DNA of 64,000 nt from the NCBI RefSeq assembly GCF_009914755.1, contig NC_060929.1, one strand, 5' to 3'. The notes under the pieces are model-generated. The model did not search any database. It was not told where the DNA came from and was given only the letters and a program-made list of their open reading frames with translations. Below, in pieces: positions 51,383 through 64,000 of the stretch. Position 1 is the first letter of the stretch; each line of letters begins with the position of its first letter. The DNA comes from the human T2T-CHM13v2.0 reference genome, Homo sapiens. A program made the translations under genes and the position numbers.

Positions 51383-53927
51383 TTCCATCCACTCTTCATG
51401 TAGCCCTATAATCTCAAAACATGGCATATCAAAATTAGAGCATATTTTGGTTGTGTCATTTTTAAAGACTCAGTCATGTATAGTTGCTTCCTGTTGCTTA
51501 TGTCAAGTCTTTTGTTCTGTGATTCAGGCTGAAGGACAAATTGAGATATTCTTTTCTTAAAGGGAAATATTTCTCATGAACTGAAGGCTATAAGGATGGA
51601 CAAAGTGTGAGGATTCCAGCAGGAAGATGTTGTAAATCACCTCATTAGAGACAGTTTCCCTCTTCCTGGAGTTTGCTTGCAGATTTACATGCTTCCCAGA
51701 GACAGGGGAGGTGAAGTGTGTTCCTGTAAAGGTCATTTTCTGATGCTAGAAGCCTGGCTTGCCCATTGTAATCGACTCTGCTGTGTTAATTAACAACACT
51801 GGACACATTCCTTTTTCAATTGAAAATTTGTGCTCCAATGGCTTGATCAATCTGATAACACAAAAATAAAAATCATTCTGCTCCCAAATACTTTTTTTTT
51901 GAGAAAATAGGTGAATGACATAATACTTCCAGACATAGTCCAGACATATCAAATTTTTTTCCCAAATTGAATGTTTTTGAAGAGTTAGTAAGAACTATCA
52001 AGTAGATTCTGGCCGAGATATTACTTTGAGATAACAGATCAATCATCTCAACCCTTTCTGCATCATCTTGATTTTAATGCCATTGAAATAACTTACTGTA
52101 CTTTAGGCTATTTCCAAGTAGGCGTAAAACCATATTTTATAAATAATTATTAAGAAGATATGGAGCTTTTTAAAAAAAAAAACTTAATTAGCTTGACAAA
52201 TACCTCACTTCTTCCCTTAACATTGTGACTCCACACTGTGACAGAAACAACAATATTTCAACGTTTATAGTACCTCTTATCAAACATTCCTTTTTGCCCA
52301 AAGGAAGGATCAAGAGTCTTCCTCAAGAAATGGGAAAAGTGGTGCTCTACTTTTGTGTAAACCTGAGCACCAAAAAGATATAATGTTCTACTTTAGAATT
52401 CAATGATATTAAAGACACCTTATTATTTGGAAAAGTATTTTTCCAAAAAAAAAAAGTTGCTAATATAGTCCAGACATGTATCAATTAACCATCCAGCTCC
52501 TGATCTGCAACTGAAAGTATCTTATCTTAGTTTTGTTTGAGACTGATATTTTTCTAGCTTACTGAAACAACAGTGTGCCTATTTACTTTTCACTTGTATG
52601 CTATTATGAGAATCGAACAATTAGGAGGCATACTGAATTTTTTTCAGCTTGGGGTGTCCGTTTCATGTGTTTTCCTGTCTGAGATAAAGCTGTGTAAAAC
52701 ACAAAGTTGAATCCAGTGGGTTTTATGGCAGTTTCCCACCTGCTCTCCCAGTATGGCAAATAAACCCACACTTTGGTGAGCTGTTTTATGTTGATTTGGC
52801 CTCAGTTTTGGGTAAATAAGTGTTCCTTGATAATTTGATCATCAAATTGTCTATATCTGACTAGCGGTAAACACACTCACACTTTCGATTAGCTGTTAGC
52901 TTTGACTAGATATATCTAATTCTTGATTTTTCCTAGACAAATTTTGTTAGAAAAATATTTTGTTGCTAAAGCGTCCTTTAGACTTCCTTTGGTAAAAAAT
53001 AAAATTTAAAAGCTGATTACTTGGAAGAAAAGAATAGACCTCTTGTAACACCTGCCTTGTGTTTCTGTCTCCATAATGATTTGGATGATTTCATCTCTTC
53101 AGGAGCATCAAAAAGATAATGCCTATCCAATCTGCCTCTAGATGATCTTGTCTGAGACAGTTTAGAACATTTAACAACTTTGCCTTGTACCAATCTGAGT
53201 AATTATGCCCCATGTGATTGAATCACATATTTCCTGCTGCATCAAGGTTATCCAGATATCTGGAGCAAATTCCATTTTGTTGTAGGTAAAAGCAAGCTGT
53301 CCTGCATTAGGCCCAATAGCACAGTATTAAACGTCTGCTACCTTAGGCGTGTTCTTCACTTTTCAGATTAAAATGTCTGATAAAGACATTTGTATCTTTT
53401 CATTTGCCATTTATTGCCTATGACTTGGAAGTCTATTCTCTCAAAATGTCCTTGGTTATGAAAGGGAAAGGAGGTTGGAGACAGTTCTCCGTCATATACT
53501 ACAGAAAATGAGTTCTTTCTTTATTCCACTAAGCCCCTTCTTCTGTCTCTCTAAATTGCTCAGCTGGTAATTGATACATTATCTTTTAAATGCTTTTACA
53601 TCAAGAAGGCTGTGTTGCTTTCAAAACAGTCAAAAAATTGAATCTTGAAGTCAGATGATAATGAAAAAAAAAAGTTAAAAAGTCCTTATGCACTTAGAAT
53701 TCCGTTCCATAAGAAGGTAAATTAAAACAAAAAAGAAGGAGGAAAGAGAAAAAAAGCTGGTCCTCAAAGCATTTAATGCTCAAGGGTTAAAAACAAAATG
53801 AGATGAAGAAAAATAGACCAATGTAAGAAAATGTATAGTAAATGTTGAAATTCAGAGTGCAGAGTTAACTGGACATCCGAGAAAGCAAAAATCACAAGGA
53901 ACTGGAAAGTCTTTCAGAGAAATGATT

Positions 53928-54095
53928 CAGGGTTTTTCAGAGTCCGTGAACCTTACCTGGGTGCTTTTAACAGTGCATGCTCCAGGGCCTCACACCATTC
54001 CTACCGAATCAAAAGAACTAAGGAAGAGACCCAGGAATTCGCATGTTAACCAAGTCCCAGAGGATTCATGTGTGCAATGAAATCTGACAGCCGCT
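53928..54095. mobile_element. MER5-family hAT-Charlie element
   Basis: 'cctaccgaatcaaaa...cccaggaattcgcatgttaaccaag..ccagaggattc'. Confidence 0.6.
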
Positions 54096-54149
54096 CATAT
54101 ATTAAGTCCAACGCATTGAAAAATAGCACTGGCCTGACCCCTAATGGTC

Positions 54150-54620
54150 TTGATGGCCTTTAATTTGTCCAGTAACATTACCAAATATTTCTCTTACTTA
54201 TTCATTCAGTTATCAAAATACTTGACTAACTCCCTCTGTCTGGTAGCATTCTCTTCAATATCTCCCATCTCTCCCTGCAATTACTGTAACAGTTGCCTCG
54301 CAGGTCTGTGCTTCCACTCTTACGCACTACTGCCCATTCCCCAGAGTAGCCAGAGGTTTTTAAAAAATGAAAATAAAACTCTATTATTTTTCTTCCTAAA
54401 ACTCTCCAGTGGTTTCCTAGAACACTCAGAGTAAAATTCAAAATGCTTCTCCTGGGCGGCAAAGCAACTGGACTTCACCCCTGTCCCGCCCTCCCCTCCA
54501 GCCCCATCTCCCCTTTCTCCTCCTTGCTTTCAGCTCATTCTTTTTCTCCCATAGTCGCCTTCCTTCAGATCCTCAAATATAATGAACCTGCTCCTCCCGT
54601 AGGGCTTTCAAACTGGTAAC
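54150..54620 (+). mobile_element. L2 3' region, first part
   Basis: 'cctaaaactctccagtggtttcctagaacactcagagtaaaattcaaaa'. Confidence 0.7.
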
Positions 54621-55859
54621 TGGTCTATTGAATGGGCTAAATTTGGGAGGGTTCCATCAGGAGAGAGTTTGATTCTTCACCCACCACTGTTCTAAAAGAC
54701 TCTGTTGAACCTCTCCTCCCTTCCCTTTCAAGCTATGTCAGACAGTGCCCTTAGCTTTCCACTCACTTTCTAAATAGAAAATGTGGTCTCACCCCCAGTG
54801 TAAAGAGTGTCATCTCCCCTCAAGCTCAGGTCTGGTCCTCTGCTTGGGAACCAGCAGAAGGGGGCAGCTCGGGTCCCCTTCTTTCCCTCTCCTTGCTTTA
54901 TCTACTCCTTTCTAGCATCTGGCTTCTCTTGGATGGGGAGAATGAGGAGAGATTAGCAATAATAGATGCCACAACTGGTTACGTACCTGGAACTACTTGA
55001 GTTATCTCTTGCTTTCAAATGTGCTGTGCTGAGGCTGACACCTAAATGCCAGCTCTGCCTTGTGTGGTTACCATGAATTCTTCAGAAACACCCTCCACCC
55101 CATTGCCACTACTGCAGAGGCACCTGCTCCACACCATTCCCCAGTGTGAGCAATGCATTCCCTGGCTAGCTATTCAGTCCCACCTCCACCACTTATCCAT
55201 CTCATGGCACTTGCTTGGGATCCTCCCCCTCAGCAGGCAGGCTTTGGGTGGGGTTCTTTCAGGCAGCCTCCATAAAGCCTGTATGACTGTTGGGCACATT
55301 CCCACATGTGTGTCCTTTCCTCCCCTAGACATGCAGAATCTTTCACTGCTGCACACTCTCCTCATCCTACCATTGCCAGCCTCTAGCCAGGCTCTATCTT
55401 TAGACTTTTCCACTCAAAAGGTGGGCAACAGCCTTGTAGCCAACCAAATCTGATTCTCCAAGAATTGCCTTTTAGTTTGTGCTGACAGCAGTAGGGTTGA
55501 GTCTCTCAGCTTCTGTAAGCAAGCTCTGTGAGCGGAAACAAGAGTCCGGTCTCCCTTGGGCCCCTGGAAGTTACTCAGTTGCTGCCTCCTGCATATGACT
55601 TAGAAAGGGAACCAGGATTTGTTCCTTCCTCTCCAACAGAGAAAGGTAAGTGAAACACCACTGCATTTTCTTCCCTACAAATACACTTCAAAGCATGCTG
55701 TACAACTTCTTGTCTACCTCCTGGCAAGTCATATAGGGAGTGTTTCTAGAACCTCTCTTCAGAACTTGAGGAGGCCTCATTACTCACTGCTTTCCATTCT
55801 AAGGATTTAGTCAACCTAAAAGGAAAGTCCCATTCCTTTGGCTGTTCTGTTCTGATTGC

Positions 55860-56351
55860 TTCAATTAGTCATTGCTGTATGAAAAACCAACCCCCAAAGT
55901 AGTGAGTTAACAAGTTATTTCTCACAATGCTGTGAGCTGACTGGGCTCAGCTGGGTGGTTCTTATCCTCAATAATGATTATGTTCACTCACATGGTTGCT
56001 TTCAGTTGGGATAGGCTAGAAGGTTTGTGAAGGTTTCACCCACATGTCTGGCAATTACATGTTGCTCCACATAGCCCTCCTTGTAGCTTGGGCTTCCTGA
56101 CAGCATGGCAGTTTCAGAGTGGTTAAACTTTTTCACAGGCAGCTGGCCTCAAAGAGGGAAAACAGAAACTGCCAGGCCTCTAAACATACAGGCCTGGAAC
56201 TGGCACAGCTATATATCTGCCAAAACAATTCATAATGCCAGTCCAGATTCAAGTGAAGGGTGAAAAAACTCCACCTCCTGATATGTAGAATAACATGTCC
56301 ATATAGGAAGGGAAGGACTTGATGCAAGCCATCTTTGGAGACTTTACTACA
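55860..56351 (-). mobile_element. MLT1 (F/G/H-like) LTR
   Basis: 'ctgactgggctcagctgggtggttct...gggcttcctgacagcatggcag...gccatctttggagac'. Confidence 0.7.
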
Positions 56352-56725
56352 CTGACTCCTCTGCCTGAAATGTTATTAGTATTTCCAAAGGTCTTGACAT
56401 GGTCCCTGGCCTTATTCTCACTATTCAGCACTCAGCATAAACGTCATCACCAAGGCCATCACCAACCCCATCTATCTCAAATAAACCTACTGTCACTTTG
56501 AATTTACTTTCTTCATTTCTGCATTTCCTGATTTTTGTTTATTGCATATTGCAATTACTTATTGCATATTGTTTATTTTTTGTTTATTGTCTATCCTTAA
56601 CTCTCCCTATTCCCCATTGGAATGTAAGCTCCCTGATAGCAAGCAACTTGGCTTTCTTATTCTCTACACACTCTTCATAATCTAGAAAAGAGAGAGGACT
56701 CAATATTCTTTCTGAATGAATGAAC
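56352..56725 (+). mobile_element. L2 3' terminus (probable continuation of 54150-54620)
   Basis: 'ggaatgtaagctccctga...tgaatgaatgaa'. Confidence 0.65.
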
Positions 56726-58832
56726 ACCTAACTCAGTTCTCATATGACCAAAGCCAGCACTAGTAAATGTGGTTGGTGAAAACAAATGTCTTTTTCTATC
56801 CTAGGTGAGAATAGTATTTTTAGAACATTTTTTATTCATTTATTTTTCTCTCTAGAATGACAGATTTCTTGATGAACATATAATATAAAATTAGTATTTC
56901 TGCTTCCTAATAACATTTTGGATTTCTTCTGGATAAAATAATCTCAGGTTTCATGAAACTTCTCAATTTCGATAAATGACTAAGCAGAATTTTATTTTCC
57001 CTGGGCAAAGTCAAGGGATAATATTCACATTACACCCTTGATTTTCTTTCTGTCAATAGTGTAATGTTATAGTAAATCAACATCCTTAAAGAAGTCATAT
57101 CTTAAGGTGGTAATAGGCAACCCAGAGATTTTATGCCATTATTTTTATTGGGTTAATAATGATAATAGCTAAATGTCTTAAGCAGGTGCTTAGTGCCGGG
57201 TCCTGGGCTATGTACTTCACATGAACCAGCTCAGGGGTTGTCCTAAGTCTTATGACCAAAAGAGTCTTCTGCTGCCTTTGAGCAAGTGTTTCTGACCCTC
57301 GTGAATATGCCTTTTACAAGTATCACCATTTAAACAACTTCCCTCTTAATCCTCTTGAATATCTAAAAGAAGAGAGAGAGGTGCTTTGATACATTACTTT
57401 TCAACGGTGGCTGATCTCTTCCCTGGGACAATCATGTTATAATGTACCACCTTATCAATTTAAACATGAAATTCACAGCATTTCTTTTTTACTTTGAGAT
57501 GTTGGTCAGCTCTGTTCCCCAAAATAGGATACTGCTGACTGCATCAAAAAATATCAATTATGTGAGTTTTAGCAGTCTCTTTTAAATTGCATTTGTATTT
57601 AATGACCTCTTTCCTTAAGGGAATAAAGATACCTGCAAACCTGATACTTTATACTTCTTATTAGGTACATCTGCCTATACCTTAAATAAATAACAATTTT
57701 TGCATACAAATATGTAATCTTATGGTAAATGCTATTCTAAAAATTAATGTTTTGTTAAAATTCTTCCAAGATATGTGAATGTATTTTGATTTCTTTTTTT
57801 TTTTCAAAATTGACAGAGTTGCTTAGGTTTTCTTCTTACAAATACTTTCCATAAAGTATCCAACTAAAATGCTTGGAAATGTGTCCACCCAGTGGCTACT
57901 CCTCAGTGCTCACAACCTAACTGACTATTCCCTGTTGAAAACTCTGGTCTCAAAATCACTGTTCATTTAATTGATGGCCACTGTCTTCATCATGCAGCTG
58001 TTAGCCTATCAAGAAGATAGTTAATGAACTTGGCAATATAGCTTGCATTAACTTTTTCACCCTAAGGTTAATCATGGGAAATATTTTTAAATGCACTTCT
58101 GATGTGCTAAACTTCTCTAATAAATATGATTAAGTAAAATAAGTTGAGAGGAAGAATATCAATTCAATGAAGATTGCTTAACATTAGGCAGTGGATTTAC
58201 ATTTGAGTAAAGAGAAATTTAGTGTCTGTACGTTCATGGCTATTAGAGATAATTTGGCTGAGATCCAAACACCGAGCTCTGCCTTCATTGAGCTAAGCCA
58301 GGAAAACACTGATTGCATGTCAAGATGATGGTTATTAGTAAAGTCTTCTTTAGGAATTTAGTTTTGCATATAGTATGTTTTTTTCTTTTCTTCGTATCAA
58401 AATAAAATTACAACTCCTTGCTAGAATAAGAATATTCTATGACTAACTCTATGAGGATAGTAAACAATGTTGAAATAATAGACTCCTAGGAACAAAATGT
58501 GTTTCATTAAAAAAAAATTCTTCTAAAACATATAAGTAAATTTTATATTAAATATTAATTCTTTCCAAACAAAATCTATTTACTCACTTTTTAGAAAAAA
58601 AAAACAACAACAATGTAAAAGGCCCTTGCTGCTGCTGTTACTGCAACTACCTTGACTATAGCTATCCCTCTAATATCCATCCTTCTGAGTGCCATCAGTT
58701 TAGCCTTTTTTGGCTCATTTGGTACTGGACTAAACTCTAGGAATAACAAATCAGCTATATGACACTTAGAACAACAAAAATCATACAGGTCAGTAAAAAC
58801 ACTTTTTATGATATAATTCTTATTTTAGTTTC

Positions 58833-59998
58833 TAAGCTTCTGCACGACAAAGGAAACAACGAAGTGAGGAGGCAACCCACAGAATGGGAGAAAATAATTG
58901 CAAGCTATCCATCTGACAAGAGGTTAATAACCAAAATATATAAGGAGCTCAAACAACTCAAAGCAAAAAAAAAAAGCAAACAAAAAACAATAACATAATT
59001 CAACTAAAAATCGACAAAATATTCAAATGGATACTTTTCAAAAGAAGACACACAAATGGCCAACAGCTATACAAAAGAAGGCTGAACATCACTAATCATC
59101 AGGGAAATGCAAATTGGAACAATGAGGTATTATCTCACCCCAGTTAGAATGACTGTTATCAAAAAGACAAAAAAATCACAAATGCTGGCAAGGATATGGA
59201 GAAAGGGGAACCCTCAAACAATGTTGGTGAAAATGTAAATTGGTATTGTCATTATGGAAAACAGTAAGGAGGACCCTTAAAAAACTAAAAATAGAACTAC
59301 CATATGATCCAGCAAACTCACTGCTGTCTATATATCCAAAAGAAAGGAAATCAGTCTATTGGAGAAATAACTGCACTCCCGTGTTCATTGCAGCATTATT
59401 CACAATAGCCAAAATATAGAATCAATCCAAGTGTTCATCAACAGATAAATGGATTTTTAAAATGTGACATATATGGACAATAAAATATTATTTACCCATA
59501 CAAAATAATGAAATTCTGTTATTTGCAACAACATGGATAAAACTGGAGGTCATTATATTAAGTGAAATAAGCCAGGCACGAAAATATAAATATCATGTGT
59601 TCTCACTCATATGTGAGAGCTACAAAAGTTATCTCATGGAGGTAGAGAGTACAATGGTGGTTACCAGAGCTGCGAAGGGAAGAGGGAAGAGGAGGTTGAA
59701 GAGAAGTTGGTTAACGGGTACAAAGACACAGTTAGATTGAAGGATAAGTTCTACTATTTGAGAGTGCAGTAGGGAAATTATAGCTAATAATAATTTATTG
59801 TGTATTTCAAAATATCCAGGAGAATTGTAATGCTCCCAACACAAAGAAAATAAAAATGTTTGAGGTGAGGGATATCTCAATTACCCAAATTTGATCATTT
59901 CAGGTTGTATACAGACATCAAAACATCACGTCTATCCCTAGAATAGGTACAATTGTGACACATCAATAAAAAAATTTATAAAATACAAATAAAATAAA
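58833..59998 (+). mobile_element. 5'-truncated L1MA
   Basis: ORF2 C-terminal peptide [31 protein letters not shown]1MA 3' UTR, A-rich tail. Confidence 0.9.
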
Positions 59999-60410
59999 TA
60001 ATTACTTTGGATTTAAACTTTTCCTCATTCATTCAGGTCTAAAATAATGCTATTTTTGAACATTTTGATATAATTGAGTTAGTCATTTTCTCCTATGCCA
60101 TTTAAAAGCACAAAATGGCTATAATGATGACATCAATTTGGGGATAATGGCAACCACCATTGAAGAGAGGATATTAATTTATATTTGAATGGGATCCATT
60201 TTCTTTCAGGCACAAAATCATTACTCTCTTCCCTCTTAGCTCAAAATATACATACTGGGATAGAAAAATCCCATTCAGGCTTCCTGTGCTCAGCCTTCCA
60301 TCTGGTTTAATCTTAACTGAAGGTGGGAATCACAGAGTAGATATGAGTGAAGGAGGAGCAGCTGATCTCTCCACTGAGCAGAGATGGTAGCTGCTACTCT
60401 AAGTGGTCTT

Positions 60411-60475
60411 CTGCTCCAGTCATAATATCTGTTTAGCTCCCTGCTCCAGTCATAATATCTGTTTAGCCCCCTGCT
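60411..60475. repeat. 30-bp tandem duplication (about 2.2 copies)
   Basis: ctgctccagtcataatatctgtttagc(t/c)cc twice, plus ctgct. Confidence 0.95.
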
Positions 60476-61494
60476 TTCAGGACATGGCATCACTCACACA
60501 GAGGTTTCATTTCTTCATTGGATGACAGATTTTAAGCTTCTAAAGATTATTCAAAGAATAATTTTTACTTTTATTTTTCGAAACAGCTGCACAAAAAAAC
60601 TCTTGAGCCAAAGTACTCTTTATTTAGATTTCTACAAGAAAAAGGCGTGGAACTAAGATGGTTTTATTTTCAAAACTCTCATTTCAAGCTAATAAATATT
60701 TACTAAATATTTACAGTCTATAAGGCAATGTATTAATTGGAAGATAGGGATTAGATCCAGTTGCTGATGATCTGGTCGGGGAGAGAGAAACATGCACTAA
60801 TAATCTGGTATACACCGAACTGTGCCAAGTGGTACCAAAGAAGCTCAAATCCCCTGGGGGTGGTAGGGATGTGGAGCTTTCTGGAGAGGTGGTGATTCAG
60901 TTGAAGCTGCAAAGTCTTCCACGAAGAGAAAAAGCACTATGGACCCAGGAAGAAACTTGAACAGTCCCAGCAACCTGAAGGCTCAGGTCTCATTCTGGGA
61001 AGAAGACTACAGTGAAGGATGGATAGAGGATGTGATGTGATGAAGTGAGAGATGAAACTGCCAAGGATGAAAGGTCTCATCTTTGTGTAACCCCTTTTGT
61101 CATCACTATTTGGAAGTGCATAAACGTCTAGTCCATCTCCAGAAGGTGTCTTGCTACTGTACCACTGTGCAGAATTCAGAAGTTGATGCCAAAGAGTTTG
61201 TGCATTTCCTCTTGATGACCTGTCACCTGTAACGAGACCATTCAGGGAGTCCCATGGCAGTCTCCTTTTTGTGGCTTCTGATACCCTTTCTCTTTACCAT
61301 GGTTTTATAGATCAGGGGCCAGTAAACGTTTTCTTCAAAGAGCCAGAAAGTAAACATGTTAAGTTTCACAGACCAAACAGTCTCTGTCACAACTACTCAA
61401 CGGTGCTGTTGTAGCACAGAAGCAGTCATAAACAATACATAAAATAATGGTGTGGCTGTGTTCCAATAAAACTTTATTTAAAAAACAGATGGCA

Positions 61495-63167
61495 GCAACA
61501 AAGCAAAAATAAACAAGTGGGACTACATCACACTAAAAAGCTTCTGCACATCAAAGGAAACAACAAAATACAAAGACAACCTAGATATTGGGAGAGAATA
61601 TCAGCAAATCATATATCTGATAAGAGGTGAATATCCTAAACATATAAGGAACTCACGCAACTCAATAACAAAAGTTGAGCCCCAAGATAACTCTAGCCCC
61701 AAATAACACAATTTAAAAAATGGGCAGAGAACCTGAAAAATCATTTTTCCAAAAAAGATATACACATGGCCAACAGGTATATCAAAATGTGTTCAACATC
61801 ACTAATTATCAGAGAAACGCAAATCAAAACCACAATAAGGTATCACCTCAAACCTGTAAGGATGGCTATTATAAAAAAAAAAAAAAAAAAAAACAAGAGG
61901 TAAGTGTTGATGAGGGTGTGGGGAAAGGGGAACACTTGTACCCCATTGGTGGGAATATAGATTAATACAGACATTATGGAAAACAGTATAGAGTGGCCTC
62001 CAAAAATGAAAAATAGAACTACCATACCCTCCAGCAATTCTACTTCTGTGTACATGTTCAAAGGAAATGAAATCAGCACCCCAAATAGATATCTGCACCC
62101 CCATGTTTACTGCAGCACTATTCACAATACCCAACATATGGAAAACTAGCCTAAGTGTCCATCAGTGGATGAATGGATTTTTAAAATGTGACTTATATCC
62201 ACCATGGAATATTATTCAGCCATGAAAGAAGGAAATTCTGCCATTTGTGACAGCATGGATGCACCTGGAGGTCATTACACTAAATGAAAGTAGACAGCCA
62301 CAGAAAGACAAATACTGTATTGATTTAGTTTGAATATTTGCCCCACTCAAATCTCAGGTTGAATTGTAATCCTCAGTGTTAGAGGTGGGGTCTGGTGGAA
62401 GGTGATGATATCATGGGGGCAGATTTCTCATGAATGGTTTAGCATTATCCTTTTTGTGCTGTCTTCATGATAGCGTGAGTTCTCATGAGATCTGGTTGTT
62501 GTAAAGTGAAGCACCTTCCCCCTATACTCCCTCTCTTGCTCCTGCTCTGGCCATGTAATGTGCCCGCTCCTGCTTCACCTTCCACCATCAGTAAAAGCTC
62601 CCTGATGTCTCCCCAGAAGCTGAGCAGATGCCAGCACCATGCTTTCTGTACAGCCTACAGAATCATGGGCCAATTAAACCGATTTTCTTTATAAATTACC
62701 CAATCTCAGATATTTCTTCATAGCGATGCAAGAATGCCCTAACACATATATGATCTCACTTATATGTGAAATCTAAAAATGTTGAATTCATAGAAGTAGA
62801 GTAAAAAGATAGTTTCTAGGGGCTGTTGGTGGGTGCCAGGTGGGATGAGGAAATGTTGCTCAAAGGGTAAAAACTTTCAGTTCTAATGTGAATAAGTTTT
62901 AGGGATCTAATGAACGGTATGGTAACTATAGATAATAATACTGTATTGCTTACTTGGAATTTGATAAGACAGTAGATTTTAAGTGCCCTTGCCTGCCCCC
63001 ACCCCCACACACACCCACACAAATGGTAACTATGGGTGGCAGTGGATGTGTCAATTAATTAGACTGTGGTAATCAGTACACAATGTATATCAAGTCATCA
63101 CATGTTACACCTTGAATATATATATATCGTTTACTTGTCAACCAAATATTGTAAAATTAAAGAAAAT
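61495..63167 (+). mobile_element. 5'-truncated L1MA, interrupted by an MST LTR
   Basis: ORF2 3' sequence and L1MA 3' UTR; perfect 13-bp TSD aaaacagatggca. Confidence 0.9.
62321..62746 (+). mobile_element. MSTB-like solo LTR
   Basis: TG...CA ends; TSD tgtat / tatat. Confidence 0.9.
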
Positions 63168-63909
63168 AAAACAGATGGCACATTGGATTTGGACCATTGG
63201 TTGTGGTGTGTGAACTCCTGTTCTAGGTGTATGGACTTCTCTGTCTTCTTCAAAGAATCCTAGTTGCTCCTACTCTCTGACTTCAGTCCAGACTGTTAGT
63301 TACTTAAAAGTATCACATCCCTCCCCATGCTCTCCACTAATGAATCTGGGACAGGACCTGATTTTGAAGGCAAGGATGAAAAAAAGTCAATCTTTTCTAA
63401 TATGATCCCAAAGATGAAGCATCTAGCAGACAGAGCTTTTATCATAGCTGTAGGGTGTTACTGTGCTTGAAGTATGGCTCTTTATTTCTGGTTTTATGAA
63501 ACACATCTTTCTGCTAACTTAGCTTCATTTGGGCTGAGGATTGAGAATGGAGCTAGGTGAGTCCCGTGTCCCAGAAAGGAGCTCAGTTAGGAGTGGAGGA
63601 ATAGAAGATGAAGAAAAATACCATTTCACTATGTTAGTAATCCTCAAACCACGTTATTGCATGCCAACTATTTGTCAATACACTGACTTTAATTTAATTA
63701 TTGTACCATAAGGACAAATAATGAAACTTTGCAACTTAATTTCTATGCAATGAAAAATCATTGACATTTTTATCAGGAGATAAATCTGTTTAAATTTTTT
63801 TTTCTTGGGAAATATAATTCTAACAACAAAGTACAATACAGATTAAAGAAGATAAAAAAAGAAGGACTGGATGCAGAAAGAAAAGTCAGCATGTCTTAAT
63901 TACAAAGTC

Positions 63910-64000
63910 TCAGTGGTTGCCAGGACTTGCAAGAAAGGAAAGGATGAAGAAGTCGAGCACAGAGGATTTTTCCGGCAGCAAACCTCCTCTGTATGATACC
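63910..64000 (+). mobile_element. L1MC-type 3' UTR fragment (runs off the window)
   Basis: 'tcagtggttgccagg...gagcacagaggattttt..ggcag..aa.ct.ctctgtatgatac'. Confidence 0.7.

Larger units (their letters stand above)
61313..63220 (+). mobile_element. MER58A hAT-Charlie element split by an L1 (61313-61494 and 63168-63220)
   Basis: 'cagggg...gtggctgtgttccaataaaactttattta'; the remainder follows the L1; 8-bp TSD-like ttatagat / ttctaggt. Confidence 0.85.

Overview
This window is primate (very likely human) genomic DNA dominated by interspersed repeats; it is either intergenic or deep intronic. I find no host protein-coding gene, tRNA/rRNA, CRISPR array or CpG island, and I cannot name the locus. 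The longer ORFs in the track lie in L1, MaLR (THE1) internal sequence, Alu or L2, or are featureless. Main content: a near full-length, decayed L1PA-type LINE (about 14073-21926, +) interrupted by an antisense THE1 provirus that has lost its 3' LTR; a second partial THE1 provirus (32218-33458); three related ERV1 solo LTRs with intact 4-bp TSDs; many MaLR LTRs; Alus; L2/MIR relics; hAT DNA transposon fossils; and a CR1/L3 reverse-transcriptase fossil. I did not find evidence for a new biological system. The points worth a second look are genome-evolution signatures: a 21-bp twin-priming inversion, multi-layer nested insertions, deletion junctions, abutting palindromes, and a few weak candidate exons or regulatory sites. 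Repeat subfamily names come from recalled consensus sequences, not a database search, and boundaries without a stated TSD are approximate.
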